A program made the position numbers and the translations under genes. The notes beneath the pieces are model-generated. The model saw only the letters and a program-made list of their open reading frames with translations, made no database searches and was not told the DNA's origin. Positions 1-10,700 of a stretch of 47,996 bases of DNA are shown here, piece by piece. This DNA is from Chiloscyllium plagiosum (Eukaryota): positions 25,833,208 to 25,881,203 of the forward strand of contig NC_057720.1 in NCBI RefSeq assembly GCF_004010195.1. Direction: 5' to 3'. The first letter of the stretch is position 1, and each line of letters begins with the position of its first letter.

Positions 1-417
1 GGTCTGGGAGATGATGGTTTGGTGGTGGGGGGTGGGGTCATGGTCAAGGGGGCAGTAGGAGGAGGTATCTGCGAGCTGGCGTTTGGCCTCAGCGGTGTAG
101 AGGTCGGTGCGCCAAACTACTACCGCGCCTCCCTTGTCTGCTGGTTTGATAGTGAGGTTGGGGTTGCAACGGAGGGAGTGGAGGGCTACGCGTTCCGAGG
201 GTGAGAGGTTGGAGTGGGTGAGAGGGGTGGGGGAGTTCAGGTGGCGGTTAATATTGTGGCGGCAGTTGGCTATGAAGAGGTCGAGGGCAGGTAGGAGGCC
301 ATCATGGGGTGTCCAGGTGGATGGGGTGTGTTGGAGGCGTGAGAAGGGGTCGTCAGAGGGTGGGTGAGAGTCTTGGTTGAAGAAGTAGGCGCGGAGGCGA
401 AGGCGGCGGAAGAACAT
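1..417 (-). mobile_element. Penelope-like retroelement ORF fragment (region N-terminal to the RT), open to the window edge
   Basis: Manual minus-strand translation is stop-free for 139 codons: FFRRLRLRAYFF...SNLSPSERVALHSLRCNPNLTIKPADKGGAVVVWRTDLYTAEAKRQLADTSSYCPLDHDPT. IKPADKGGAVVV is the PLE pre-RT motif. Homologous to 45897-46310. Confidence 0.9.
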
Positions 418-420
418 TGC

Positions 421-995
421 GTATCAAACAATACAGCACAGAACAGGCCCTTCGGCCCTCGATGTTGCGCCGACCCATGAACTATTCTTAGCTCGACCCC
501 CTACGCTATCCCATCATCATCTATATGCTTATCCAAGGATTGTTTAAATCTCCCTAATGTGGCTGAGTTAACTACAATGGCAGGTAGGGTATTCCACGCC
601 CTTACCACTCTCTGAGTAAAGAACTTGCCTCTGACATCATCATCCTAGGAAAAAGACTTTCACTGTCTACCCTATCTAATCCTCTAATCATCTTGTATGT
701 CTCTGTAAAATCCCCTCTTAGCCTTCTTCTTTGTAATGAGAACAGACCCAAGTCTCTCAACCTTTCCTTATAAGACCTTCCCTCCAGACCAGGCAACATC
801 TTGGTAAATCTCCTCTGCACCTTTTCCAATGCTTCCACATCCTTCCCGAAATATGGTGACCAGAACTGTACACAATATTCCAAGTATGGCCGCACAAGTG
901 TTTTGTATAGTTGCAGCATAATATTGCAGCTCTGGAACTCAATCCCACTACGAATGAAACCTAACGCACCGCATGCCTTCTCAACAGCACTTACA
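421..995 (-). mobile_element. CR1 LINE 3' fragment (ORF2 C-terminus and 3' UTR)
   Basis: ORF 602-1012 reads [19 protein letters not shown]...LEKVQRRFTKMLPGL...RRRLRGD; CR1-type 3' UTR at 421-520. Confidence 0.92.
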
Positions 996-1059
996 GTTGG
1001 TGATGTTTCCATGTATTTACTCTCTTCATCCCTCTAGATGGTGTTGTTAAGCATCTTCG

Positions 1060-1380
1060 GTGTTGTTAAGCATCTTGAGTGTTGTTGAAGCATTCAGTCA
1101 AGTAGGGAATATTATCTCACACTCCTCACTCGTGCTTTGTAGATGGTGGACAGGTGATGAGTTACTCACTGCTGGATTCCAAGCCTGTCATCCGCTCCTG
1201 TAGACATAGTATTTATTTAGCTTGTTCAGTTCAGTTTCTGGTTAATGATAACCCTTAGGATGTAGTCACTTGGGGGGGGGATTCAGCCCTGTTAATTGAA
1301 TGGAATCTCTGTTGGAGATGGTCTTTGTAAGACATTACTGTGGCACAGATGCTACTTACTGCTTGTCAGCCCAAACCTGG
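1060..1380 (-). mobile_element. Old CR1/L2-group LINE fragment ('family B', IYKAQVRS type)
   Basis: Reverse complement ccaccatctacaaagcacgagtgaggagtgtgagataatattccc matches the plus-strand copy at 31430-31480. Confidence 0.6.
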
Positions 1381-1384
1381 AGAA

Positions 1385-1715
1385 TATTTGAGCAAATTAC
1401 TGCGGATACTGGAATCTGTACTGAAAACAAAAAATGCTGGATATAACAGTGAGTTAGGAAGCATCGCTGGAGAGAATGCAAGCTAATGTTTTGAGTCTAT
1501 ACGTCACCTCTGACGAAGAGCTATAAAGTGTGGAAGGGAAAGCATTTATGCAGTGGTGAGGGGGGTGGTGGAATGGGATGAAGGATATTGATAGTTCAGA
1601 TTAAGTGATCAGAATGTGAGAAGGGCAAGACAATGGTGTGTCAAACTGTCAGGCTGGAAAGAACAGACAGTCCCACCTGAGTGGGGGAGGGGAGAGAGGA
1701 CATAGTAAGTAAAGC
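1385..1715 (-). mobile_element. Old Penelope pLTR remnant
   Basis: Reverse tail 'tactgcggatactggaatctg...aaatgctgg', a ctgacgaagag hammerhead remnant and a purine-rich pLTR body. Confidence 0.5.
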
Positions 1716-2039
1716 TAAACAAAAGGGAAGGAATGGGATTGGTGAATGTTCAGGTCTTTCTGCGGTGGGACATGGACTGCTTCAGTATCTAAGGAGCCAT
1801 GAATGTTGCTGAATAGCATGCAGTCATTTATGAATATCCCCACTTCTGACCTTAATGCATGAGGATTCTCATCCACTATGAGGACAGAATTCTCTTGCTC
1901 ACAGGAATACACCAAAGCTGCTAATGTGGAGAAGCTGAAACATCCATCTCCTGCCAACTGAGTAATTACCACTTCACATTCCTTCCCAACTCTCACAGTC
2001 ACCTTGCTGTCAGTGTCATTCATTGAGCATCGCACTTCT

Positions 2040-3650
2040 AACCACTGGCTGTGACCCCTTCTCTCCCATGTGTCTAACAGGTGCCAGCGGGATGGCCATG
2101 GTTCTGGTGGAGAAATGGCCACTCCACCAGGATCCACCTCCTGGATCTCAGTGGAAGCATTGGCAAGGCTGCCTTCTGCAGTGCAACCAGCTCAGGTACG
2201 GATATCTCGATGGGAATGTCAGGCATAGAACATTTGAGAGCACAATCTGGTGAACCCTTCACCATGGCACCTCAACAGATAGTCGGGCACACAACACCCC
2301 AGACTGCTGGCACTTACAGGACTGCCAGAGACCCAGGCACCTGCTCAGCTCCAGGCAGCAGAGGACCCTGTGGTGTCAGCAATCAGGAAATTCATCCACA
2401 TACACAGACAGGAACAGGGGCAGCAGAGAGGGATGTGAGATGCGATGTCCCTCAGATCCGTGACTAACATCTGTACACCTCCATAACTGTGTTGGATTGA
2501 CCCCAAGACAGTGGAACCACGGGCCACATTCTCTAGACTGCAAAGGCATGGGCCCCCCGAATGAGATCACTTTGACTTGATGTGTTGGGACCCCTGAATG
2601 AAGAGTTCCTCCTTGGTCTTCAGAGAGAATTAAAACCATGAGTCAAGGCTTCTTGCTTGCTGCAAATACAAGGTGTTTGCTGCATAAGCTGCTGGCACAT
2701 GATGCAGGTGTGTAGCATGGTACTGTGTAGCAGGATATCCACCTCCCCACCCCCCCTCTCTCTCTCTCCAGCTTTACTAAGGACTGCTGAGCAGCAAGGC
2801 AAGCTCTTTGGCTGCACTATGGCCAGGTAGGGGAGGGAAGCTGTGGGCATACAGGTAAATGCCAAGCGAGCACTAAGCAAGTGACCCCGAGGTGCAACCT
2901 GTTCCGCTCCATGAGCTGACTATCTGATTCTGTGCACAAAGGGTCCTTGCAGCAGCCTTTCAATGTTAGTTGACTGTATGCCCTGAAACTCAGGTCTGTA
3001 CTTCCTCAGAGTCCTGTAAGTACGTTGGAGAAGTGCCATGAGGATGCATTGAGTGCCAGTTTCTGTGCATGTTACTAATGCCCATGGACCATGCCCTGAG
3101 ATGCTGTTGTTGTTCACATCCAACGGTAAGATGAATTGACCAGGTAACCGCTGTGACCTGCATGTTGAGAGTTGGAGACGGCTGGTTTGCTCATGGTGGT
3201 TGGTAGGATAGAAAGCTGCATATTAATGACGCAAGATATTAAGGTTGTCAATAAGTAATAAAACCCTCCGTTAACAGGTAACTTGCCTCTGCCTAGCAAG
3301 AATCTTGCCTCAATACCTGGAACCTAGTTAAAAGGTTGTTCCTGGCTTTGGGATAGGCCTTACTGAATGTCTTGCACAATTCTGCCACATTGGTCACCAT
3401 AGCGTAAATTGATCAGCTCCAATAAGATTCAAGAGCTGTCAAAGTGACTGGTGATTACTGGACATTTAAATGACTGAACACAGTGTACTGATTGCTGCAA
3501 AAGGAGAGCAGTTTCCACCAAGATTCTCTTTGCTACTGAATCCATGGATTCCTGGACCGCTGATAGCAGGAGGTCCCTGTGCAGGAATTTCCAGTACAGA
3601 AGACATTTAAAATGTGGGTGTGTGGTTGCAGGTCTGGAGACCATCAAACT
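2040..3650. mobile_element. Highly decayed GC-rich repeat, possibly from a Harbinger Myb/SANT partner gene
   Basis: Peptides such as SGEPFTMAPQQ...TAGTYRTARDP and KFLHRDLLLSAVQ weakly resemble shark Harbinger second-ORF sequence; no intact frame. Confidence 0.3.
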
Positions 3651-4564
3651 GCCAGGGGCAGGGTGAACATCAGTTTCAAGGATTTCTGGCTCATGGGTCT
3701 GAAGGAGCGTGTCCTATATTAGGCTGGAGGATGGAGGAGATGGAGGGGATGTGAGAGTCAGGCTGGCAAGACTGTGGAGGGAGTCAGCTCCAGGAAGGGT
3801 CTGGTCAGTGGGCAGAGGTATTGGGTGTAACAAAGGAGTGTGAAGGGTGGTGTGTGGGTAGATGGGATGTAGGGTATGCAGCTGGGTTGAGTTGGCAGGG
3901 TGTCTGATTGGCGTGTGGTTGCCCAAGGTCCAGGATATGTCAGACATTGAGGGCTGTGTATTTAGGGTTAACAGTAACGGGTTAGGGTTCAGTTTAATGG
4001 TTCCCTCGGGGTTAGAGTAGTTTAACCCAGGACATTTGCCTGTTTAGTATTCATATAATTGTTGGAACTCTCCAAATTCTCCAATATTAATGGACTCTTT
4101 TGGAGGGTCCAAAACACAAGGGGAAATTCAAGTTTCTGTCAATTCCCTCAAAGTCAAGTGTGTTGGTGATTCCACGTGGTCTCGATGTGCAGTTCCAGTC
4201 TACCCAGCTCTGACTGACTGCCTATTATCCAACTATCTGGGCCCTTATCTTTTCTCAGTTGTACAAATACTTCCTGTGTACTTCCCATTAGATGTTGTCA
4301 TGCAGTCGGCAGTTCAGTTGGGACATGGATGAGGACATGTTCATGAGATTTGGCAATAGGGTCGGGGGGGGGTGTGTGGTCTGAGAGGGTGGAATCTGGT
4401 GTCTATGGTGGTGAGGGACAGTCAGCCTATGGGAGTGTTGGGTGGAGGATTGTGTGCCCATGTATTTTTGGGGTAATCATCAGGGGGCTTTGTATTTACT
4501 CAGTTGGGAGACAGGGCCAGTTTTACAGTTAGCTGGGAATTAGAGCAGGTAAATTTTAACTTTT

Positions 4565-4870
4565 TTTGTTCATTCACAGGATGAGGGTGTCACTGGCTAG
4601 GTCAGATTTATTGCGCATTGCTGCAGGTCTGGAGTCACATGTAATCCGGACCAGGTAAGGATGAAAGATTCCTTCATTTACAGGTGAACTAGATGTGTTT
4701 TTCTAGCAACTGACAATGGCTTCATGGTAATTATTAGAATCTTAATTCCAGATTTTGATTGAATTCAAACTCCATTTGCCTTGGCAAGATTTGAATCCAG
4801 GTCCCCAGAGCATTACTTGGGTCTCTGGATTAACAGCCCAGTGATCATACCAATAGGCTGTGGCCTCCCC
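4565..4870 (-). mobile_element. tRNA-derived SINE, same family as 34568-34870
   Basis: Reverse complement has a tRNA-like head (ggacctggattcaaatc B box), the tctggaattaag core and a 3' tail shared with the family-B LINE. Confidence 0.7.
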
Positions 4871-5281
4871 TCAATTCTTGGAATTTTTCCTGGCTGATTG
4901 TTGAGGTGACTGAGTTGGAATCATCTACAGTCTCTGACTCTAACTCAGAGTGGAGGGCCTTTTCAGAGGGTTTCAAGCACCATGTGTTGCCAAAAGGAAG
5001 TTTCAATTCCCAGTCAGTTCCGTCGAGTCAGTTCCAATGGGGATTCCATGTAGTCACAGAAACAACTACCTTCCCATCAGCAGATTTGCACCCGTGTTCA
5101 TTTCATTCAGTGTGCTTTAAACTCACAACCTTTTGATTCCAAGTTGACAGTACAATGAGCTGAGCTACAGTGACAAAGGTGAACGATACTCAATATGGAA
5201 ACCTAAAGTGACGTAGTCCCTGATGATATTTATTTGGTGCAGCAGTTACACGCCAGTGCTGCGAGCAGGGATCAGGGATGG

Positions 5282-5823
5282 GAGTGTGGTGCTGGAAAAG
5301 CGTGATAGGAGCGTATAGGTAGGAAGGAAGATGGACAGGTAGGAGAGGTCATGAGGGTGGTGCTGAGCTGGAAGGTTGGAATGGGGATAAGTTGAGGAGA
5401 GGGGAAATTAGGAAACTGGTGAAATCCACATTGATGCCCTGGAGTTGGAGGGTCCCAAGGTAGAAGATGAGACATTCTTCCCCCAGGTGTCAGGTGGTAA
5501 TGGAGTGGCGATGAAGGAGGCCCAGGATCTGCATGTCGTCAATGCAGTAAGAGGGAGAGTTGAAGTGTTCGGCCACGGGGTGGTGGGGTAGATAGGTGCG
5601 GGTGTCCCAGAGATGTTCTCTCAAACCCTCAAACCTTCTCCCTATCCCCACTCCCCTCCCATTTTTCTCTCCATCCCCGACACTCCCAGCCTCATTCCTG
5701 ATGAAGAGCTTTAGCCCGAAATGTCAATTTTCCTGCTCCTTGGATGCTGCCTGACCTGCTGTGCTTTTCCAGCATCACACTGTTGATTCTAATCTCCAGC
5801 ATCTGCAGTCCTCACTTTCGCCT
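5282..5823 (+). mobile_element. Short PLE insertion: inverted pLTR/GIY-YIG end, then direct pLTR with hammerhead remnant and tail
   Basis: Ends in ...ctccagcatctgcagtcctcactttcgcct; CTGATGA at 5698 and GAAA at 5718; flanked by agggatcagggatgg (5267-5281) and aaggatcggggatgg (5824-5838). Confidence 0.85.
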
Positions 5824-6129
5824 AAGGATCGGGGATGGTCTGCTTGATTCCTACTTGTTCCCAATATCCCAATCTTGCTGATCCCAACTCCATACTCACT
5901 TTCAAAGTACAGGCAGTGCCAGTATGTGAACTGGTGGGAGGAACATCAAATCAACCGAAGATCTCTTCTTATCTTCGTGATTTTCACTTAGCTCTTGTGG
6001 GGATGCTGTGACCAGGCAAACATATAACCCTGGGTTTCTGAAGTCAGAAAATCAAGGGAAGGGGTGTGGGATTGGAATGGGAGGTCAATGATGATTCATC
6101 ACTGTGCCAGAGAGCAGGGTGAGGAAGAG

Positions 6130-6735
6130 CTGGGATTGGAATAGGAACATATCATCATTCTTAATGATGCTGCATGTTACCATCTCCAACAGCCAGCCCA
6201 TGATGCCGAGGACCACTTTTTCCATGGGACTCTGGAGATACAGGTGTCTTGGATTCCTCACCAGTTACGCTCTGCTCACTGAGAGACACAGCAGAGTGCA
6301 AGTCATTGACTGCTGATGTACCTGGGCAGGAGCTGTATTGGGTGATGCACCTTATATTGCTGAAAAGCTGGAGCAGTGTGGTGGCAGTGGAAGATAGCTG
6401 TGAGGCTGACAGCGTTGGTAGGCATGGAAGGATGAGGCATTATATCTGGATGTCAGGGTGGTACCAAGTGCCTAGAAGTGTTGCTTGGGTGTGCATTGCT
6501 GGTGAAGCAACCCATTGCTGGTGAAGCAATGGGTTGGAGATTCACTGACAATGTCTAACCACGTGAGGCCATTACACTTCTTGAGGAGATGCTGTCAGAT
6601 CTTTGGCACGAAATACAGGAGATTCACCCCACTGGGCACTTACTCACAATTCCTTACCCCTGTAGGAACATTGACATTCTCCTCTGTCACTAGGGTCTCC
6701 AGCACTGCATCCACGATGCAGAAATTATTTCTCTA
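6130..6735 (-). pseudogene. Fossil PIF/Harbinger sequence with Myb/SANT-like ORF remnant (about 6540-6725)
   Basis: Minus strand reads DAVLETLVTEE...VPSGVNLLYFVPKI*QHLLKKCNGLT, resembling the Harbinger Myb pattern (D.LE.LV.E...VA.VN...PRT.QCRKKFNDL). A weak VRNP motif lies near 6250. Confidence 0.5.
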
Positions 6736-7398
6736 GCAATTTCTTTGTATAGAAATACAACAATTAGGATTAGTAGCTCTTGGAATTTTTCAATTTAAGA
6801 GAGACAGACTGAACATAAAACAGAGAATGTTACAGGGCAGGACAGACCTTTTGGCCCTCGATGTTGCAGCTACCTGTAAAATTAATCTGATGTCCATCTA
6901 ACCCACACTGTTCCATTATTATCCACATGTATGTCCAATGCTCATTCAAATACCCTTAACAGTCTACTACTGTTGCAAGCAGGCTGCTCCATGTCCCTAC
7001 TACTCTGAGTGAAGAAACTATCCCTAATATCTGTCCTAAATCAATCACTCCTCAATTTAAACTATGTCCCCACATGTTAGCCTTCACCATCCAAGGAAAA
7101 AGTCTCTCACTGTCCACCCTATCCAACCCTCTGATAATCTGATATGTCTCGATGAAGTCACCTCTCAACTTTCTTCTCTCTGATGAAAACAGTCTCCGTT
7201 CCCTCAGTCTTTCCTCATAAGTCCTTCCTTCCATACCAGGCAACATCCTAGTAAATCTCCTCTGAACCCTTTCCAAAGCTTCCACATCCTTCCTATAATG
7301 CAGTGACCAGAACTGTACACAATACTCCAGGTGCGGCTTTACCAGTGTCTTGTACAGCTGAAGTATGACCTCATGGCTCCATAATTCCCCTCCCAATA

Positions 7399-7770
7399 AA
7401 CGCCAACACACCATATGTCTTCTTAACAACCATATCAACCTGGGTGGTAACTTTCAGGGGTTTATGCACCAGGACACCAAGATTTCTCTGTTCATCCATA
7501 CTGCTAAGAATTTTACCATTAGCCCAGTACTGTGAATTCCTGTTCCTTCTTCCAAAATGAACTATCTCACACTTTTCCACATTAACGCCAACACACCATA
7601 TGTCTTCTTAACAACCATATCAACCTGGGTGGTAACTTTCAGGGGTTTATGCACCAGGACACCAAGATTTCTCTGTCCATCCATACTGCTAAGAATTTTA
7701 CCATTAGCCCAGTACTGTGAATTCCTGTTACTTCTTCCAAAATGAACTATCTCACACTTTTCCACATTAA
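7399..7770. repeat. 185-bp tandem duplication within CR1
   Basis: 7399-7585 is repeated at 7584-7770; two substitutions seen. Confidence 0.93.
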
Positions 7771-9056
7771 ACTTGTTTTGCTACATCTCAGCCCAGCTCT
7801 GCATCTTATCTATGCCCCTCTGTAACCCATAACATCCTTTGGCACTATCCACAACTCTGCCTACCTTAGTGTCATTTGCAAATTTACTAACTCATCCTTC
7901 TACGCCCACATCCAAATCTTTTACAATGACAAACAGTAGTGGTCCCAAAACAGATCCATGGGGCATACCATTGGTAACTGAGCTCCAAGATGAACATTTT
8001 CCATCAACCGCCACCCTCTGTTTTCTTTCAGCTAGCCAATTTCTGATCCAAACTGCTAAATCACCTTCAGCCCTGAAACTCCGTATTTTGCACAATAGCC
8101 TACCATGTGGAACCATTACTGAAGTCCATATATACCACATCAACTGCTTTACCTTCATCTACCTGTTTTGTCACCTTCTTGAAAAACAACCTACCCTTCA
8201 CAAAACCATGTTGACTATCGTTAATCAAATTATTCCTTTCCAGGTGATTATAAATCCTATCTCTTATAACCTTTTCCAACATCTTTCCCACAAAGTAAGG
8301 CTCACTGGCCTATAATTACTAGGGTTGTCCTGACTCCCCCCCTTAAACAAAGGAACAACATTTGCTATGCTCTCCAGTCTTCTGGCACGACTCCTGTCGA
8401 CATTGATGAAAGCCAAAGACTCTGCAATCTCCTCCCTGGCTTCCCAGAGAATCTGAGGATAAATCCCATCTGGCCTAGGGGGCTTATCTATTTTCAGATC
8501 TTCCAAAATTACTAAAACCTGCTCTTTGTCAACCGCAATCCCATCTAATCTAGTAGCCTGTACCTCCGTACTCTCACTAACATTGCCCTTTTCCAATGTG
8601 AATACTGATGAAAAGTATTCTTTAAGCGCTTTACCCTATGTCCTCAGATTCCCACACAACTTCCCACTATTACCTTTGATTGGCCCTCATCTTACTCTAG
8701 TCATTCTTTTATTCTTGATATACCTACAGAAGGCCTTAGGGTTTTCCTTGATCTTATCCACCAACAATTTCTCATGTTCCCTCCTGGCTCTTCTTAGCCC
8801 TCTCGATCTTTTCTGGCTAACTTATAATTCTCAAGCCCCCTACATGGGCCTTCACATCTCATCCTTGCATAAGCCTCCTTCCTTCTCTTGACAAGAACTT
8901 CAACTTCTTTAGTAAACCATGGCTTCGTCTCTCAACAACTACCTCCATATCTGATAGGTACATACTAATCATGGTGTTCCTTGAATAAGCTCCACATTTC
9001 AAGTGTGTCCATCCCCTGCAGTTTCCTTCCCCATCCTATACATCCTAAATCTTTGT

Positions 9057-9383
9057 GGGCGGCACGGTGGCACAATGGTTAGCACTGCTGCCTCACAGCG
9101 CCAGAGACCCGGGTTCAATTCCCGCCTCAGGCGACTGACTGTGTGGAGTTTGCACGTTCTCCCCGTGTCTGCGTGGGTTTCCTCCGGGTGCTCCGGTTTC
9201 CTCCCACAGTCACAAAGATGTGCAGGGCCAGGTGAATTGGCCATACTAAATTGCCCGTAGTGTTAGGTAAGGGGTAAATGTAGGGGTATGGGTGGGTTTC
9301 GCTTCGGCGGGTCGGTGTGGACTTGTTGGGCCGAAGGGCCTGTTTCCACACTGTAATGTAATCTAATCTAATCTAAAAAAAAA
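9057..9383 (+). mobile_element. Full-length HE1-like tRNA-derived V-SINE
   Basis: A box tggcacaatgg (9068-9078), B box ggttcaattcc (9112-9122), V-domain gtgtggagtttgcacgttctccccgtgtctgcgtgggtttcctccgggtgctccggtttcctccc, CR1-like 3' tail and (aatct)n/A end. CpG-rich. Confidence 0.93.
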
Positions 9384-9884
9384 CTTGCCTAATCACATTA
9401 TAATTGCCTTTCCCCCAGTTATACCTCTTTCCTTGCAGTATACCCCTATCCCTGCCCGTTGCTGTTGCAAATATAATCGAATTATGGTCACTATCGCCAA
9501 AGTGCTCACCTAGCTCCAAATCTAATACCTGGCGGGGCTCATTCCCAGTACCAAATCCCATATGGCATCTCCCCTTGTTGGACTGTCTACATATTGTGTC
9601 AGAAACCTGTCCTGCACACACTGAATAAAAACTGACCCATCTAAACTACTTGAACTTTAGTATTCCCAGTCAATTTTGGGGAAGTTAAAGTCCCCATAAG
9701 AACTACCCTGTTACTCTTGCTCCTATTGAGAATTATCTTTACTATCCTTTCCTCTACATCCCTGGAACAATTCAGAAGCCTATAGAAAACTCCCAAGATA
9801 ACCTCTCCTTTCCTGTTTCTAACCTCAGCCCAAACTACCTCAGTGGATGACACCTCAAATGTTGTCTCAGCTGCTGTAATACTA

Positions 9885-10035
9885 GCTGAAAATGTGTTGC
9901 TGGAAAAACGCAGCAGGTCAGGCAGCATCCAAGGAGCAGGAGAATCGACGTTTCGGGCATGAGCCCTTCTTCAGGAACTACCTACAGTTCCTGATCAGCT
10001 CTGATCTCCAGCATCTGCAGTCCTCACTTTCTCCT
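9885..10035 (+). mobile_element. Short PLE insertion (inverted pLTR plus tail) inside CR1
   Basis: TSD ctgctgtaatacta(gc) at 9871 and 10034; minus-strand hammerhead core at 9947-9974. Confidence 0.9.
9947..9974 (-). ncRNA. Minimal hammerhead ribozyme core (PLE-associated)
   Basis: Minus strand: CUGAAGA-A-GGGC-UCAU-GCCC-GAAA-C-GUC. Confidence 0.75.
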
Positions 10036-10417
10036 GCTGTAATACTAGCCTTGATTAACAATGCCACACCCCTCCTCCCCCTTTACCAGCTTCTCTGTTC
10101 TTACTGAAACATCAAAATCCCGGAATCTGCAACAATCATTCCTGTCCCTCTTCTAGCCATGACTCTGAGTTGGCCACAACATTGAAATCCTAGGTACCAA
10201 CCCATGCTGTAAGTTCACCAACTGCTTTAAAGAACAGTAGAGTAGCTGTACTGTGTATAAATCTGAGCTCCCTGCTGACAGCACAGGCAGCCATGCAGCC
10301 CTATGCCATGTTTTGGTAGATGTAGTTACATCACCAAGTTTGCAAACTGTTTCCCTCCACTCAAGGACAAGTTATAAATTATGACCCAAAATATGAGAAT
10401 TAATTTTTACCCTTTTC

Positions 10418-10700
10418 ATAGAATCCCTACAGAATGGAAACAGGCCATTGCACCCACTGAGTCCACAGTGCCCCTCCAAACAGCATCTTACCCAGACCCA
10501 CCATATTACCCCAATCCCTGTAACCCAGCATTTCCCATGGTTAATCCACCTAACCTGCACATCTTTAGACCATGGGAGGAAATAAGAGTACCCAGAGGAA
10601 ATCCGCGAACTCCGCACAGATAGTCACCCAAGGGTAGAATTGAACCAGGGTCCCTGGTGCTATGAGGCAGCAACGCTAACCACTGAGCCATTGTGCCACC
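10418..10700 (-). mobile_element. HE1-like SINE, diverged
   Basis: Reverse complement begins ggtggcacaatggctcagtggttagcgttgctgcctc, followed by a V-domain remnant and a CR1-like tail. Confidence 0.8.

Larger units (their letters stand above)
6812..10220 (-). mobile_element. CR1 LINE ORF2 (APE endonuclease and RT), decayed, with nested SINE, PLE and tandem duplication
   Basis: ORF fragments [71 protein letters not shown]; 3' UTR at 6812-6900. Confidence 0.95.

Noticed and set aside
1041..1094. Three 19-bp direct repeats as a CRISPR-like array
   Set aside because: No spacers; a simple slippage duplication at a LINE edge in eukaryotic DNA.
6493..6533. Small duplication with a 9-bp hairpin
   Set aside because: Too short to interpret; probably a local repair scar.
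7839..8891. Plus-strand ORFs of 121-158 aa
   Set aside because: Antisense shadows of CR1 ORF2.
9057..9130. tRNA gene
   Set aside because: It is a SINE head continuing into the V-domain and tail, not a stand-alone tRNA.
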